Below, piece by piece: positions 49,730 through 62,900 of a DNA stretch of 64,000 nucleotides. Origin of the DNA: Felis catus (taxonomy: Eukaryota); assembly GCF_018350175.1 (NCBI RefSeq), contig NC_058368.1, positions 39,310,001 to 39,374,000 of the forward strand. The letters run 5' to 3'. The notes beneath the pieces were generated by a model that had not been told where the DNA came from, did not search any database, and worked only from the letters and a program-made list of their open reading frames with translations. Each line of letters starts with the position of its first letter. Position 1 is the first letter of the stretch. The position numbers and the translations under genes are program-made.

Positions 49730-51340
49730 CCCTACATTTTTGTTATTACTGAAGTTAAGCTTCCACAGTATGTTTCAAGAATCCCAGCGTGTTATTGCTT
49801 TCCAAACCTCTCCTCTGAATTGCCCTGATCACAGCAGTCCTTGGGCCTCACTATGTTTTAGTGTCAGTAATATCACCTTTTGCTCCTCACTCTTCTCAGG
49901 GGTCCCTGTTTCTCCTTAAATACCATGATAGATTATTATAATGACACTTTTTGGGGACATCTCTTCAACTTGCTTGCTGCTCTTTTGTTTATTCATATTC
50001 ATTTTGTAATAGTTTAAGTCCATCTCTATTTAACTGACTGGAAAGAAATGCTCTGCCATGCCGACTGTCCTGACTTTTCTTTCATGATCACTAATTGCAA
50101 GTGGGCTTTCAATGTTGCCAAGCAATCATACCATATTTTGTCCAATACATTCCCTCTCTAGCACTTTTAAATGACTGCTTTATGTTTCTACTCTTTCCTT
50201 AAACTAAGAGTACCACCTCCTTATCTGTGCTCTCAGAGAATAACCTTGCTTCCCACTTGACAAAGAAAATTATCACAATCATGAGAGAACTTCCAGAGAA
50301 GCTTACAACGCAACTTTAAATACCTGCTAGCTTCTGGCCCTGCATTTTGTGCCTTCCTTTCTAACGTAAGAAATAAACCTTTCTGCATCCTTAGACCCCT
50401 TCAGTTGTGCAATACATCTTATCTTCCTTTCTCAAGGACATTGTTAGAGCAATTTATTATTTTCTCTCTTGCAACATCAAGTGGATACTTCTCCAATTCC
50501 CACCAGCATACAGGCATGCTATTATTTCACCCACGTTGAAAAAAACTTTAACAAAATAAAATACAAAATCTCTCTTTACTACCTTAGACTGTGTGTTCAT
50601 TCTCTGGTCCTTTTTATAACAAATTACTTCCAGCTATATATGTACTTACTCTTCTGATTCTACTCCTCCCGTTTCCTTTTTGAAGTTGCCCAATCAGAAT
50701 TTAACCCCATAATGTTACCAACACTACTTTTGTTAAGGTTATGGATAACTTACATCTTTATAAATCTATTTGTCAATTCTTGATCTTTCTTTTATTTGAC
50801 TTATCAGCAGTGTTTGTTATTATCATTCACTCCTCTTTGGAGCACTTTTATTTGATTTCTAAAATTCTACACTTTCTCCTAACTTGATTGCAGTTTACTT
50901 TATCAGTTTCTACTTATCCAACATCTTAACTTAGGAATGCCTTAACACTATATTCTTGGACTTTTCCCCTTCTGTATATTCATTTACTAGCATTTAGTTC
51001 CATTGCTTTAAATAAGTGTTTTTATAATGATAACTTCCAAGCTTGTGTCTGCATCCTAGACTTTTCTCTGAACTCCAGATGTTTAATCCCACTGCTTACT
51101 CAGTATCTCCACTTGGATATCTTTTAGATATCTGAGAGTTAATATTTCCGTAATTCTTTATCCTCCAAATCCTCTCAGCCTTCTGTATTTTCCATTTCTG
51201 TTAATGGTACTGACATCTTTCCATTTGTTCAAAATGGAAACCCTTGTAAAAGACTTTGAGCTTACTCTTTCTTTCACACTTAACATTTTACCCAACAAAA
51301 ATTATGTTGGTTCTAACTTTGAATTGTAGCTAAATTTGTC
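49730..51340. mobile_element. L2 remnant
   Basis: TTTGACTTATCAGCAG..TTTG...TCATTCACTCCTC; CTCTGAACTCCAGA...CAGTATCTCCACTTGGAT motifs. Confidence 0.65.
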
Positions 51341-51599
51341 AGAATTTGTATCTCAGAACTCCATGAAAATAGATGGCCTCATAACATAAGTGGTGTTTTA
51401 TGTTGGGATTCCAAGAATTATGCTGAACTAGAAGCATAATACACCTGCTGTCCCTAATCAGCTTTCTTTGCTTGAATGGGCCAGCAAACATTAAATCCTA
51501 AAATCTGAATAATGAGAAACAAGAATAAGAGTGTCCCTGGTGTCTTTCAGAAGCAAATGAAAACATGATAATAAGGAAATAATAGAAGTTAAAGATAAT

Positions 51600-52830
51600 T
51601 TTTACATGTAAGTTTTTCACATGTCCAGAACCCAATCCAAGATAAAATAATACGTGAGAAGACCCAACACACATGCACACCCAAATAAAACCAGCAAAAT
51701 ACTCCTATTAGATATTGGGTGATTAGATATTGGCACTTTAGATATTGGGTGATTTAGACATAGACTGTAATACTGTTTTGCTTACTATAAATAAGAATAT
51801 AAACACAAACATGTATTTCAGCATAGAGCTAGAAAATATAAAGATGACATGGATTTTTAAAATAAACAAATAGAAATGCTAGAGTGAAAGTTGAAGTTAC
51901 TGATTATGAAAATCGGTTAGAATGAGGCATAGGTACCAAAAGGAAAGAAAGTCAAGAAAAGAGGTAAGAGACATAGAGAATACATTGTGAAGTTCTATTG
52001 TTTGATTCTTTAGAAAGACTGAAAAACATAAGCAAAAGTAGTAACTAAAGAAATAATGTCTGATAATTTAATACATAATAAAAGACATCAATCCACAAAA
52101 GGAAGAACTCCAATATCTCAAAGAAGATAGATCCAGAAAGGTATCCACAAGAGATGGATATAATAGAGGAAATTGTTAAAAAACAAAGAAAAAGGGAAGG
52201 CCATTTACTTTGAAAGTAGCAAGTTGCCTTTGGTTAACTATTAGATTGTACTTTTGTCAACAATGAGAAACACAAGATAATGGGATGGTATTTTCCATTT
52301 GCTATAAAACAATTACCCAATATGAATTCCAATTATAAAAAGAACTCTCAAGTATTAAAAGTAAAATAAAGATTCTTTTAGACAAAAAAAAGTTTGGAAA
52401 TGTTTGTAATCAGCACCTCACACACACAAAAAATAATAATAAAGGACTCTCTTGAGGCAGAATAAATATCCTCCTAAATGGAAGATTAGAATAGCAGGAA
52501 GAAATGAAGAGTTACAAAAAAGGTAAATATGCAGCTAAATCCAGATATTCCATTGATTTTATCAAATACTAAAGGTGTCTGCTGTTGAATATACAAAGTC
52601 ATATATATGTAATCTAAATACAGTATAGTGTCACATAAACAGCACATAATTGTGAAAGTAAATAACAGAGTTAAAGTGTCCTGTGGTTCTTGCATTGTAT
52701 ATAGTGTCAAAGTACCAATTAAATTTATCTTTACTAGATCAAGGATGAATGTTGTAACACATACAAAACCACACACAAAAAAGTGAGATTAAATCCCAAA
52801 ATAACTTCAAAAGAAAGGGAATAATCACAT
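51600..52830 (+). mobile_element. Very old L1 (ORF1-region) remnant
   Basis: A-rich; AAAGAAATAATG..GA.AATTT...AAAGACATCAATCCACA...GAAGAACTCCA; GAAATAAAGA-type motifs. Confidence 0.55.
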
Positions 52831-53379
52831 TTATTTAATAAAGAATGCAGGAGAACAGATAAAAGCTTAGAGAGATGTGGTTGCCATGCAAATCAGGATA
52901 GGGTTTAGATTTAGGACGGACAGAAGGGTCACAATGGAAGGTGCTCCTCACGTATTACATAGATCTGACCTTGTTGTTGTTACATAGGTGTTTAGTTGGT
53001 AATTTATTAAGTGCTGAATATGTATGCTGACTTTTTTAAAAAGAGTTATATCTTACAATTTAGAGGACAAAGGTATTAAGGGAATATCCTTGATACTTTA
53101 AGACCATATTTCTAGAAATCTAGAAATATGAAAAAATTTCTAGAAATATTAGTATTTCTACTATTATTGATTCTATAAATGTTGTCTCTATTTCTTATTT
53201 GAATTTGCTGACATATAGGGCAGGTTTTTAACAAGTTACCTGTTGAATTTCCTCACATTGTTTCATATTGATTTTTCTGATGTTTACAGATCTGTGATAT
53301 GCCTGAAATAATAGCAATGCTTAGAAAATTATTCTGTTCAAATTGACTGTCCAGGTATAAGTATGTTTTAAGTTAAATA

Positions 53380-54507
53380 CAGGCAATTCTCATTATTCAC
53401 AGTAGTTGTGTTCTATAAAATTGCTTCAAATAATAAATTAGTGAATAATAATTGATTGCTCTTAAAGGAAATACTCTTAAATTCACTCTTAATGGAGTTA
53501 AATTCATGCAAATCTCTGATCACATTTTTATCACCTGATCAGTATATAAGTTTGTTTTATGAGTGTTTCTGCTTACCTTATTTAAAATATATCATTGATT
53601 CATTAACACTGAACTTGGTACTGATGAAGTTTTGGGGTGATGGGGGGGTTCGTGGGGTCTGGAGCCGATGGCACAGAATTCTTGAGGAGGTCTTTGGTGC
53701 AAAAAGGTGGTTTTCTTAAAGTACAGGGACAGGACTCATGGGCAGGACTCAAGAGCTGCACTGGGGTCCTGACAGGTAACTCATTATGTACCCTCAGGTT
53801 GGGAAGGGATCAGGGATAGAGTAAGTCTGTAAGGAATTTGGGGAGCAAGGTTTCCAGGACCTTGAGGGGCTAAATGTTGCTAGGGAAATACCATTTATTG
53901 CCATTTAATAAAACTGCAGTCCTGAGACCCTTCAGATGTATATCAGGAGGCCATAAGCTTGGGATATGATTGCCAGCATATATCTTGGGACATCAAAGTA
54001 TAGGAAGTAAATTTACAGGATCCTTGAGGTTGGGACAATGTTAAGCCAAGGTTCTCTTTTGCCCCTAGCAAAATGTCATCATTGAGGCAGTTGAGCTCCT
54101 TTAGAAGGAAGTCACTTGGGCAGTCTCAAGGACTTGTCAATGGGCTGTAGGCAATAAGGGAATTTAGTTTTTCATTTGCCTTAGTTTCCCACATTACCAA
54201 GGCAAGCACTTAAACTCCTTTCCTTTGTTCTTGGGTAGCTGGGAGTGTCGGAAGAATATCACACATAATCCACCTGGACGGGGTTGTACCAACCTGTATT
54301 TTGCCCTCAGCCTGCCTCATGTTCCGTCATCAGTATTATAAGTCATGCTTGAATGAAGCTTATCTAACACATGTATATTCTCTTTAAGGCACACACAGCA
54401 TTCTGGTGTTTATGGAGAGCAGTTCACTATGATGGGTAAAAATCAATTTAAACAACAAAATCACCACCACCAACAATGAAAATGTGAAAAAAGTGGCACT
54501 AAGTAAA

Positions 54508-54554
<47 letters not shown>

Positions 54555-54630
54555 CTCACACACGCACAAACATGTTTATTCTATGGAGTCTGAAATAAGA
54601 AGGCAAAACATCACCTTTGCCAGCCTCACC
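53380..54630 (+). mobile_element. MER82 (TcMar-Tigger) split by an LTR insertion; contains (CA)n at ~54509-54547
   Basis: After TA: CAGGCAATTCTCATTATTCACAGTAGTTGTGTTCTATAAA...; resumes at 54333 with GAATGAAGCTTATCTAACAC...GTGGCACTAA; matches recalled MER82. Confidence 0.8.
53622..54332 (-). mobile_element. Carnivore ERV1-type solo LTR (CarLTR-like), copy 3
   Basis: TGATG...CATCA termini; flanks GTAC/GTAT; interrupts MER82; homologous to 46001-46505. Confidence 0.85.
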
Positions 54631-54682
54631 TGTAAAGGCATGGATGTGACTCATTTTTATTTTTTCAATCTTCTTTTATATC

Positions 54683-55416
54683 TTCAGGAAGGAAGAATTT
54701 CCTCTGCCTTTCAAGGTCTTTTTAGCTGGATTAAGAATCAAATTGATGGGTCTCAGATTAATAGGAGAAAATCAAATTTAATTTCATGTGTACAAGAACT
54801 CCATTGAGACATGAAACTCCAAAGACAGCCAGACAACATGAGATATATGTGTCATTATGAACTAATGAAAATGGGGTAGGTGTCTGGGACCTCAAAGGGA
54901 AGGAATGCAATTTACAGCAAGATGAAAAAGAGTAAATGGTAAACAAATTAACAATGGGACATAGTGGACTTTGGTCAAAAGGCCTAGCTAGCGGGGTGCC
55001 TGGGTGGCTGAATTGGTTAAGCCTCCAGCTCTTGACTTTGGCTCAGGTCATGATCTCACAGTTTGGGAGATTGAGCCCCATGTTGGGCTCCGTGCTGACC
55101 TTGCAGAGCCTGCTTGGGATCCTCCCTTTCTGCTACTCTTCCCTGCTCTTGCTCTCTCTCTCTCTCAAAATAAATAAATTTAAAAAAAAAAGACCTTACT
55201 AGCTTCCTCCCTATATATCATACCTACTTCATATTGTAATGTAGTTATCTAAGGTGACAGCTGTCTTCATAGAGCAGGTCCTCTATCTAAATCTTTTGGA
55301 CAGTTGGGGAGGAAAAGAGCTTTTCCTAAATTTGCTGGGTTTTGATTGCTTTTAACTCAAAATAATCATCATGCTAAACTGGCCCATCCAGGGGCAGCCT
55401 GCTTTTGACCCCTACA
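54683..55416 (-). mobile_element. MER34-like ERV1 solo LTR with a nested SINE
   Basis: CAGATTAATAGGAGAAAA...TTTGATTGCTTTTAACTCAAAATAATC...CCCCTACA; related to 56057-56529 in the opposite orientation. Confidence 0.65.
54993..55190 (+). mobile_element. Can-SINE
   Basis: GGGGTGCCTGGGTGGCTG head, CT tract, A-tail; degenerate TSD ending CTAGC. Confidence 0.92.
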
Positions 55417-56056
55417 TTATACATAAAAAGGAATTGAATTATCTTAAAATTTCAGAATGCTTCCCTTCTATTCAAGTAATTAAAATTGCCTTATTTTCTT
55501 CTTTTATATTAAGACTTAAACTCATCAGTTAAAAAATATAAAATTAGTGTTATGGTCAGCACATTGTAATACTACTAAAACAAAAGATGACAGTGCTAAA
55601 TGTTTTTCGAGGATATAAATAGTTAGATTACCAGTGAAACATTTTGTGACCACTGACATTTTATTTGATTCCCTAGAATGATCACTGTAGGTTAAAGGAG
55701 CACACTTTGAAAATGAATAGGCTAATTAGAAGCATTTAAATTTTAGTTGCTCTGAAATATGCAATTGATGTTTTTCATTGCCTCTTCCTGTTTTATAATA
55801 CAATGGGATACTCATTCATCTTTTCAACAGAAACTTTGACATATTGTATATGCAATGTTAATCTACAAGTTAGGTAGTAGCAGTATTATTTTCATTCTGT
55901 AGTACATTATTTGAAATAAGTTACTAGGATGCCTAGACAGGGGTAGGATTGTATAATTAGGTTTGGCCACACAGATAGAATGAATTGTTAGCACATGTGA
56001 TTTGAAGGGTAATTGAGGTGCCTACAGATATATCCTGGAAGAATTTTCCTTAGACT

Positions 56057-56529
56057 TGAAGGAGAGCAGAATTTTCCACCCCAAAATATGCCACTTGGCA
56101 TGAGGATTAATCTGAACTAAATGTAATCAAAACCCAGTATATTCAGGAAAAGTTATCTTCCTCCAGCTCAGCTGTCTAAATTTACATTGGAAAGGGACCC
56201 TGGAAGTACCAGGAAGGGCGCTATAATGGGACATACCTCTTTACCTAAGAAACTTATCTTCATAATAAAGCAACCTTTGTTTTCCAAACATCTCATCTGC
56301 TTCCCTGTGAATGGTCTTTCTTCCCTTTGTAGCTCCAGACTCCTACCGGCTCCTTAGCTCAAGATGTTATACGTCTCAGTTACCTGCCTTTTGAGTCTTC
56401 ATATCTCTTTGTGAGGCTCCCATAGGTACATAATTAAATTTCTTTTTCTTCCATTAATTTATCTTATTTTTTTAATTGTTTGACCAGCTAGAGAATCTAG
56501 AGGGTAAAAGCAAAAATTTTCCTCCCCAA
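56057..56529 (+). mobile_element. MER34-like ERV1 solo LTR
   Basis: TGAAGGAG.GCAGAAT...CCACCCCAAAATATGCCACTTGGCATGAGGATT start; ATTAAA signal; ends AAATTTTCCTCCCC. Confidence 0.75.
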
Positions 56530-56799
56530 TGGAGTCACTTCTTTGATTTATCACTGAGTGTCACTGAAAAAAAATCACTAAAATGACAACCTGGGGATGA
56601 TAACAAACCAGTCCTCACTAGCTACTTTCAAACATTTTCAGTATTAGTTTACCATATCAATTACCAGCCATCTGCAAAGCCTCTATTATGGAAGTAGAGC
56701 CTCTACTATGGCTTATGGAAAGGTCCAGTTGAGCTTTTAAAAGAGCAAAGGTGTTGGAGCCAAAGAAATCTTTATTTAGATCCAAAAGCATTTGGTGAA

Positions 56800-59370
56800 A
56801 AAAGTATTAATTGATAATGGATTTAAAAAAACAAAAACAACTAGCTACCATGTAAACACAAAAACTTTAATATTTTATATGCTAAATAAAAAAATTAAAA
56901 TGTAAAAATATACCATTTTCAAGCATGAAATACATCAAATATACAGGAAAAAATCTTCAAAAAAATAGAGGTCCAGTATACAGAAAACTACAAAATGTTA
57001 CTGAGAAAAAAACTTAAGGAATAACTGAATAAATTGAGGAATATATTATAGTTTTAAACTGGAAGACACATTGAAATGACCTAAAGTCTCCCCAAATTGA
57101 TCTCTCCCCTCTTAATTCAGTGAACTTGCAAAGTTGAGTCTGTATGTGTGTGTGTCCAATCATTTGTGCGTAAATTTATAAGATAATTTTAAAACTGTGA
57201 TGGAAATACATATGAAGAACAAAGTGGGAGAATTCGTTCTTATATGTGGAACCTTAATAGAACCCTATACTAGACTAGTTAGTAAAGATACTGCTGTAAA
57301 AGGAGACAACACGGCGGAACATAATCGAAATCCAGAGACCAACTCACACATAGTCACCTGATTAAGACAGAGATACCTTGGAGTTTAGAAGAAAGAATGA
57401 ACATGTGGTCTTTTTCAGTAAATTTTGCTCATCTGTTGGATAAACATATGGAAAATGACTGAAACTTTATTCTTCCTTTCAGCAGTGTGCATTACATATT
57501 CAATTCTAAAAAGTAAAACAATGAAGCTACTGGAAGATTATATAGAGGAATATCATTATTATCTTGGAGGAGATACTTTCTGAAAGAAGATATAAAAGAA
57601 CAAACCATAAAAGAAAGAGAGATAAACTAAGCTTCATTAGAATTTAAAACTTTAGTTCATAAAAAGACAGCTCTTAAGATAGTAAAAAGGCAAGCCATAG
57701 AGTAAGAGGCAAAATACTTTGTCAAAAATATATTTAATACAGGATTCATATACAGAATAAATAATATTTCACACTTCAATAAAAAGACAGGTAAACCAAA
57801 TAAAAACAAAAACAGACAAAATGCTTGAATAGATACTTTAAAAAAGAGGATCTTAATGTCAAATAAGGAAGAGAAAATATGTTCAACATCACTTATCATC
57901 AGGGTAATGCAAATTAAAACCAGGATGAGATCAATTTGCAAGCTAACCAGAATGACTAAGTTTTTCTTTTTTTTTTTTAAATTAAAAAAAATGAGTGTAG
58001 TTAACAGAATGTCATATTAATTTCAGGTGTACAATACGGTAATTAAACAATTCTGTGTATTAGTATTCATCAAGATAAGTGACTCTTAATCTTCTTCACT
58101 ATTTCACCCAGCCCCTACCTACCTCCCCTCTGGTAACCATCTGTTTGTTCTGTATAGTTAAAAGTCTGGATTTTTTGGTTTCTCTCTCTCCCTTTTTTCC
58201 CCTTTGTTTTGTTTCTTAAATTCCACATATTAATCAAATCATATGGTATTTGTCTTTTGTGACAAGCTTATTTTGCTTACCACTATACTTTCTAGATCTA
58301 TGTTGTTGCAAATGGCAAGATTTAGTTCTTTTTATGGCTCAATAATATTCCATTGTATATATATACACCACATGTTCTTTAACCATTTATCTGTCAGTGG
58401 ACACTTGAGCTGCTTCCATAATTTGTCTATTGTAAATTATGCTGTAATAAGCATAGAGGTGCATTAATCTCTTCATATGGGTGTTTTTGTATTCATTGGG
58501 TAAATACCTACTAGTGTGATTACTGGATCATGGAGTAGTTCTATTTTTAATCTTTAGAGGAACCTCCATGCTGTCTTCTACTGTGGCTGTACCAGTTTGT
58601 GTTTCCACTAGCAGTGCATGAGGGTTCCTTTTTCTCCATATCCTCACCAACACTTGTTGTTTCTTGAGTTTTGGGTTTTAGCAGTATAGCTAAATTTGCA
58701 AAATATTCATGTTGCCAAATGTTGGCAAGAATGTGGCATACCTGGAAATCTCATATACTGCTGGCAGGAAAATAAATGGCCCAATTTGTTTGGAAACCTT
58801 TTGGTAGTTACCTAATGAAGCTGAAAATATATGCATAGTCCATGACTAAAGTAATCCAATTATTAGACTCAATGGAAATGTTCAGATATGTGCATCAAGA
58901 GACATTCAGAGAATGTTCATAAATGTTTTTCATAATAGCCCCCAAATGGAAACACTCTAAATGTCATTCAAATTTATAATTGATTATTAATTGTGGTATA
59001 GCTACATAATGTTATGTTACCCAGCAATGGAAAATAACTACTGCTACCCTTTATAATATAGATGAATATCACGAACATTATATTGATCAAAAAAGCAGCA
59101 TACAAGAGTATATACTGTATGCGATTCCATTTATTCAAAGTTCAAAAACAGATGTAACTAAAGTATGATGATAGAAATTAGGTTAGTTGCCTTTCTTGTA
59201 AATAATGGCTGGGAACTTTGAAAAACTTTCTTAGGGGCTTCTTTATATCATATTTTTCTTTGAGTTGTGGTTACATGGATGTGTTCACTTAAAAAATCAT
59301 CAAAATATACCTGTGATTTATTCACTCTTCAAAATGTTTGCTTTATTTAAAAAATTTACTTAAAAACAAG
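56800..59370 (+). mobile_element. Old L1M-type ORF2/3'UTR remnant
   Basis: GAAAACTACAAAATGTTACTGAGA; CCCCAAATTGATCT; ATGCAAATTAAAACC; CATAATAGCCCCCAAATGGAAAC; GATTCCATTTAT motifs. Confidence 0.8.
57961..58683 (-). mobile_element. Carnivore L1 3' fragment nested in the older L1
   Basis: Poly-T, then a 3'UTR homologous to 11320-12120 (TATTTCACCCA..CCCTCTGGTAAC; GCAAATGGCAAGATTT; GAGGAACCTCCA). Confidence 0.9.
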
Positions 59371-59878
59371 TTCAATAATTTTCATTTTGTTACATTTAGT
59401 AAACATGATATTGATCCTTCATGGCAGAATGGTTTAAATAAGAGTAACTTAAAGAAGGGGAAAGTAATCCAAACTTGACATTCACAAAACATCCCCAATT
59501 TTAGCTCCAGTACAAGAGATTTGACCTAGGTTTCTGTTGAATATTACAACCTTGTAAATGAAAGATGACCACGTCATCATTAGATGATTCTAAGATATTA
59601 TCCTAAACTACAGCACTTTTTTCCTTTTATAATGTTTGTTTGAGGGTTTACTTTAGAAAATCCACCAGCCATTAGATATGCTATGCTGCTAAAATTACGA
59701 TGGTTATAGATGACTACATGGTCTTTGGACCCTGATGAATGTCTCAGAAAACAGATTATTCACAGTGCAGCACTTTTACAAATTATTTACAACAGGCTTA
59801 TGATTCTGACTTAGACTCTTGTTTCTGTTTGTCCTGCTATAGATATTACATACAGTTAGAATAGAATAGAAAAAATTT

Positions 59879-60095
59879 GGGGCACCTGGGTAGCTCAGTC
59901 GGTTGGGCATCTGACTTCAGCTCAGGTCACGATCTCACAGCTTGTGAGTTCGAGCCCCACATCGGGCTCTGTGCTGACAGCTCAGAGCCTGGAGCTGCTT
60001 CAGATTCTGATTCTCCCTTTCTCTCTGTACTCGTCACCTGCTCTGCTCACTGCTTCTCTTTATCTCACAAATAGATAAAACATTAAAAAAATTTT
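59879..60095 (+). mobile_element. Can-SINE
   Basis: GGGGCACCTGGGTAGCTCAGTCGGTTG head and full body; TSD unclear. Confidence 0.93.
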
Positions 60096-61574
60096 AAAAG
60101 CATTTATTAGGTATGCTCATTAGGAATAACAAAACAAAATAATGATTAATCCTGATAAAAACAGACTATCTTCCAAAAATATGTGTGTATATGTGTGTAT
60201 GTGAGAGAGAGAAACAGACAAATAGAACCATGTTGACTATAGTTTCCAGGTAAGTAGCCTAGAGTTTGGTAGACACCTTTTAGTCTCACATAAGAATATT
60301 TTAATTATTCTGTATGATTTGGGCTCAGCTAATTATAATATGCACCATAAATCTATTTTATCTTATTTTTTTCCTAAAATATCTTGTCTAATTGGTAATA
60401 CAGATTCTAGATCTTATGGATATATTGTTCCTCAACATTTATCTGTCTTAGAGGAAATAGAAAGAAAGAGGAGAAATGGTTATGAAAATAGCAACCTTCA
60501 TGGCTTCATTTTCCAATGCCACCTTAGAAATATCACAATACACTTTTAGAGGGATTCACATAGAGTTTAACTAGCTGTGTAACCAGAAAAAAAAATTTCT
60601 TGAACATGGCTAATAGTGTGACCCAACTTAAATAACATTCTAGAAGAAGAATGTGATGTATGATACTGTCTAATTTTAGTGCTATAGGACATAGTCCCTT
60701 ATTGGGAATGAATCTCTGATGTCCATTATTTTAAACTATCTTTTTTTTCCTTGAATCATAGGATGTAAAGTAGCAATATACACTTTCTTTATTTCCCTGT
60801 TGATAGACTATTATGCAATCACTAATATCTCTTGCCCTAAGCTTACCTGTGTTTTATAATTTCAGAACTTGTCATACTTGGTTGAGAAGCATGACCCTAG
60901 AATATATAACATATATCTAACTGCAGGAAAAAATCAACCATAAGTGAAATAAGCCATATAGGGCTTACTTGTTCACGCAGTTCGGATAAATGTTACAGAA
61001 AGATTATATTCTCATAGTGTAAGTATTTGATAGTTTTTAATGTCTAGATCACAAATTAAAACAATATTATTTTATATTCATAAAAATTCAGCATATCAAA
61101 GGATAAAGGCATATGTATAAGGAAGGGATGAAAATCCTTCCCACACATTGCTAAAGTCACTTTTTTTAAGGACAGGGGAAAATTCTTGCTAAGGATAGGA
61201 AGGAATTGCTATTCATATGGGAAGATGGTCAGGTACTGTCTCAGGGAATTAGAGGGCTCACACAAAGAAACAGAATTAACTGAGTGATTGAGGAGAAAGA
61301 CATAGTTATAACAATCTCCCATTCCTTCAGCTTCTATGCTGGACGGTTTATAAGCACAAGACCACTTTATTCTCAGAACAGATCTGAGAGAAAGATGTTT
61401 TAACAACGATTTAAGAGAGACTGAAAGATCGAAATTCTACATAGTCACTGAAATGTTTGGGCTGGGAAAAAGGGCTGTCTGGCCTCCATCCCTGATTCTT
61501 AACAACTACACTGCCTCCCTTATGATATAGACCCCAGTGTAGTGAATATACTTGTATCCAGAGCAAGAGTTGGA

Positions 61575-62900
61575 TTTTTAATGGAAACATAATTTATATT
61601 CAATAAATGTACACATTTTAAGTTTGTTAATTTGATAGTTTTGGCCATGTTAAACTGCCATATAACAACTACCCAAAACAATATAAACTTCCATCATCAC
61701 CAACATTTTCCTCATACCATTTTGTAGTCATTCTTCCCCCACCCTTGACAACAAACATTTTCTATCCTCATGAATTATTTATGCCTCTTTTGGATGTTAA
61801 ATAAATAAACAGGGTGCCCTTTACTGTCGGGCACCTTTCACTCAGTACTATGCCTCTTTGAGATTTAGTCAAATTATTGTAGGTATTAGTTATTTATACC
61901 TTTTTATTGATGTGAGTAGTACTCACTTTAATCACTAGTATTTGTTTATCCATTCTCTTACTGATTGGTATTTGGAATTTTGCCAGCTTTGAGCACTTAG
62001 AAATAAACCTTTTTGCATGTTTTGTACAAAGTACAATCTACATGGGTAGACTAAAGTGATAGAGAAAGATATACAATACAAACATTAATCAAATGAAAGC
62101 TAGAGTAACTATATTTCAGACAAAGTAGACCTCAGCAGAAGGAGGATCTTCAGGAATAAAGAAGAACATTACATAATGTAAAGGTGTCAATTCTCCAAGA
62201 ATATGTAAGAATTATTATTTTATGTCTCTAACAAGAAAGTTTCAGTAGATACTTTAGCAAAGACAGAGGTGTCTTAAAGGAGAAAAATGACCTGAGAACA
62301 ACTATCAATAATGGCACCTAATTGATATATTAGCAAGGTCTATTCTCCAAGAAGAGAATACGCATTCTTTTCAAATGCACATAGGATTTCCCCAGTACAA
62401 ATCATATTCTGAGCCAAAGAACAAACCTTAACAAATTTAATAAAATAAAAATGATACAGATGCTATAGTCTGAATGTTTGTGTCCCCCCCAAATTCACAT
62501 TTTTGAATCCAAATACCAAAGGAATGATGTTAGGAGGTGGGGGGCTGGGGTTGGTTGGATTACGAGGGTCTCACTCTCATGAATGGGATGTAAGTCTTAT
62601 AAAAAAGATCACGCAGAGCTTCCTGGCCCCTTCTGCCACATGAAGATACAGGGAGAAGTCCACAACCCAGAATAAGGCCCTTATCTGACCATGTTGGCAC
62701 CCTCATCTCCCATTTTGAGCTTCCAGAACACTAATAAATAAATTTCTGTTGTTTATAAGCTGCCTGGTCAGCGGTATTTCCTTAGCAGCCTGAATAGGCT
62801 AAGACAAAGTATTTTCTCATACTATAAGAGTTTAAGCTGAAATCTATAATAAATTTATCTGGAAAATCCCTAAATATTTGAAAACAACATAATTGAAATG
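61575..62900. mobile_element. Old L1 remnants (minus 3'UTR piece to ~62030, then plus endonuclease-region piece)
   Basis: AAATGTACACATTTTAAG...CATTCTCTTACTGA; TTTCAGACAAAGTAGAC...CATTACATAATG...CATTCTTTTCAAATGCACA. Confidence 0.7.
62461..62806 (+). mobile_element. MLT1A-type MaLR solo LTR nested in the old L1
   Basis: TGCTATAGTCTGAATGTTTGTGTCCCCCC...CTCATGAATGGGAT...AATAAATTTCTGTTGTTTATAAGC...CTAAGACA. Confidence 0.88.

Noticed and set aside
46001..54332. Two same-orientation related LTRs ~7 kb apart as a possible provirus
   Set aside because: Different lengths, separate flanking duplications, and the DNA between is L2/L1/SINE/MER82 with no gag, pol or env remnants
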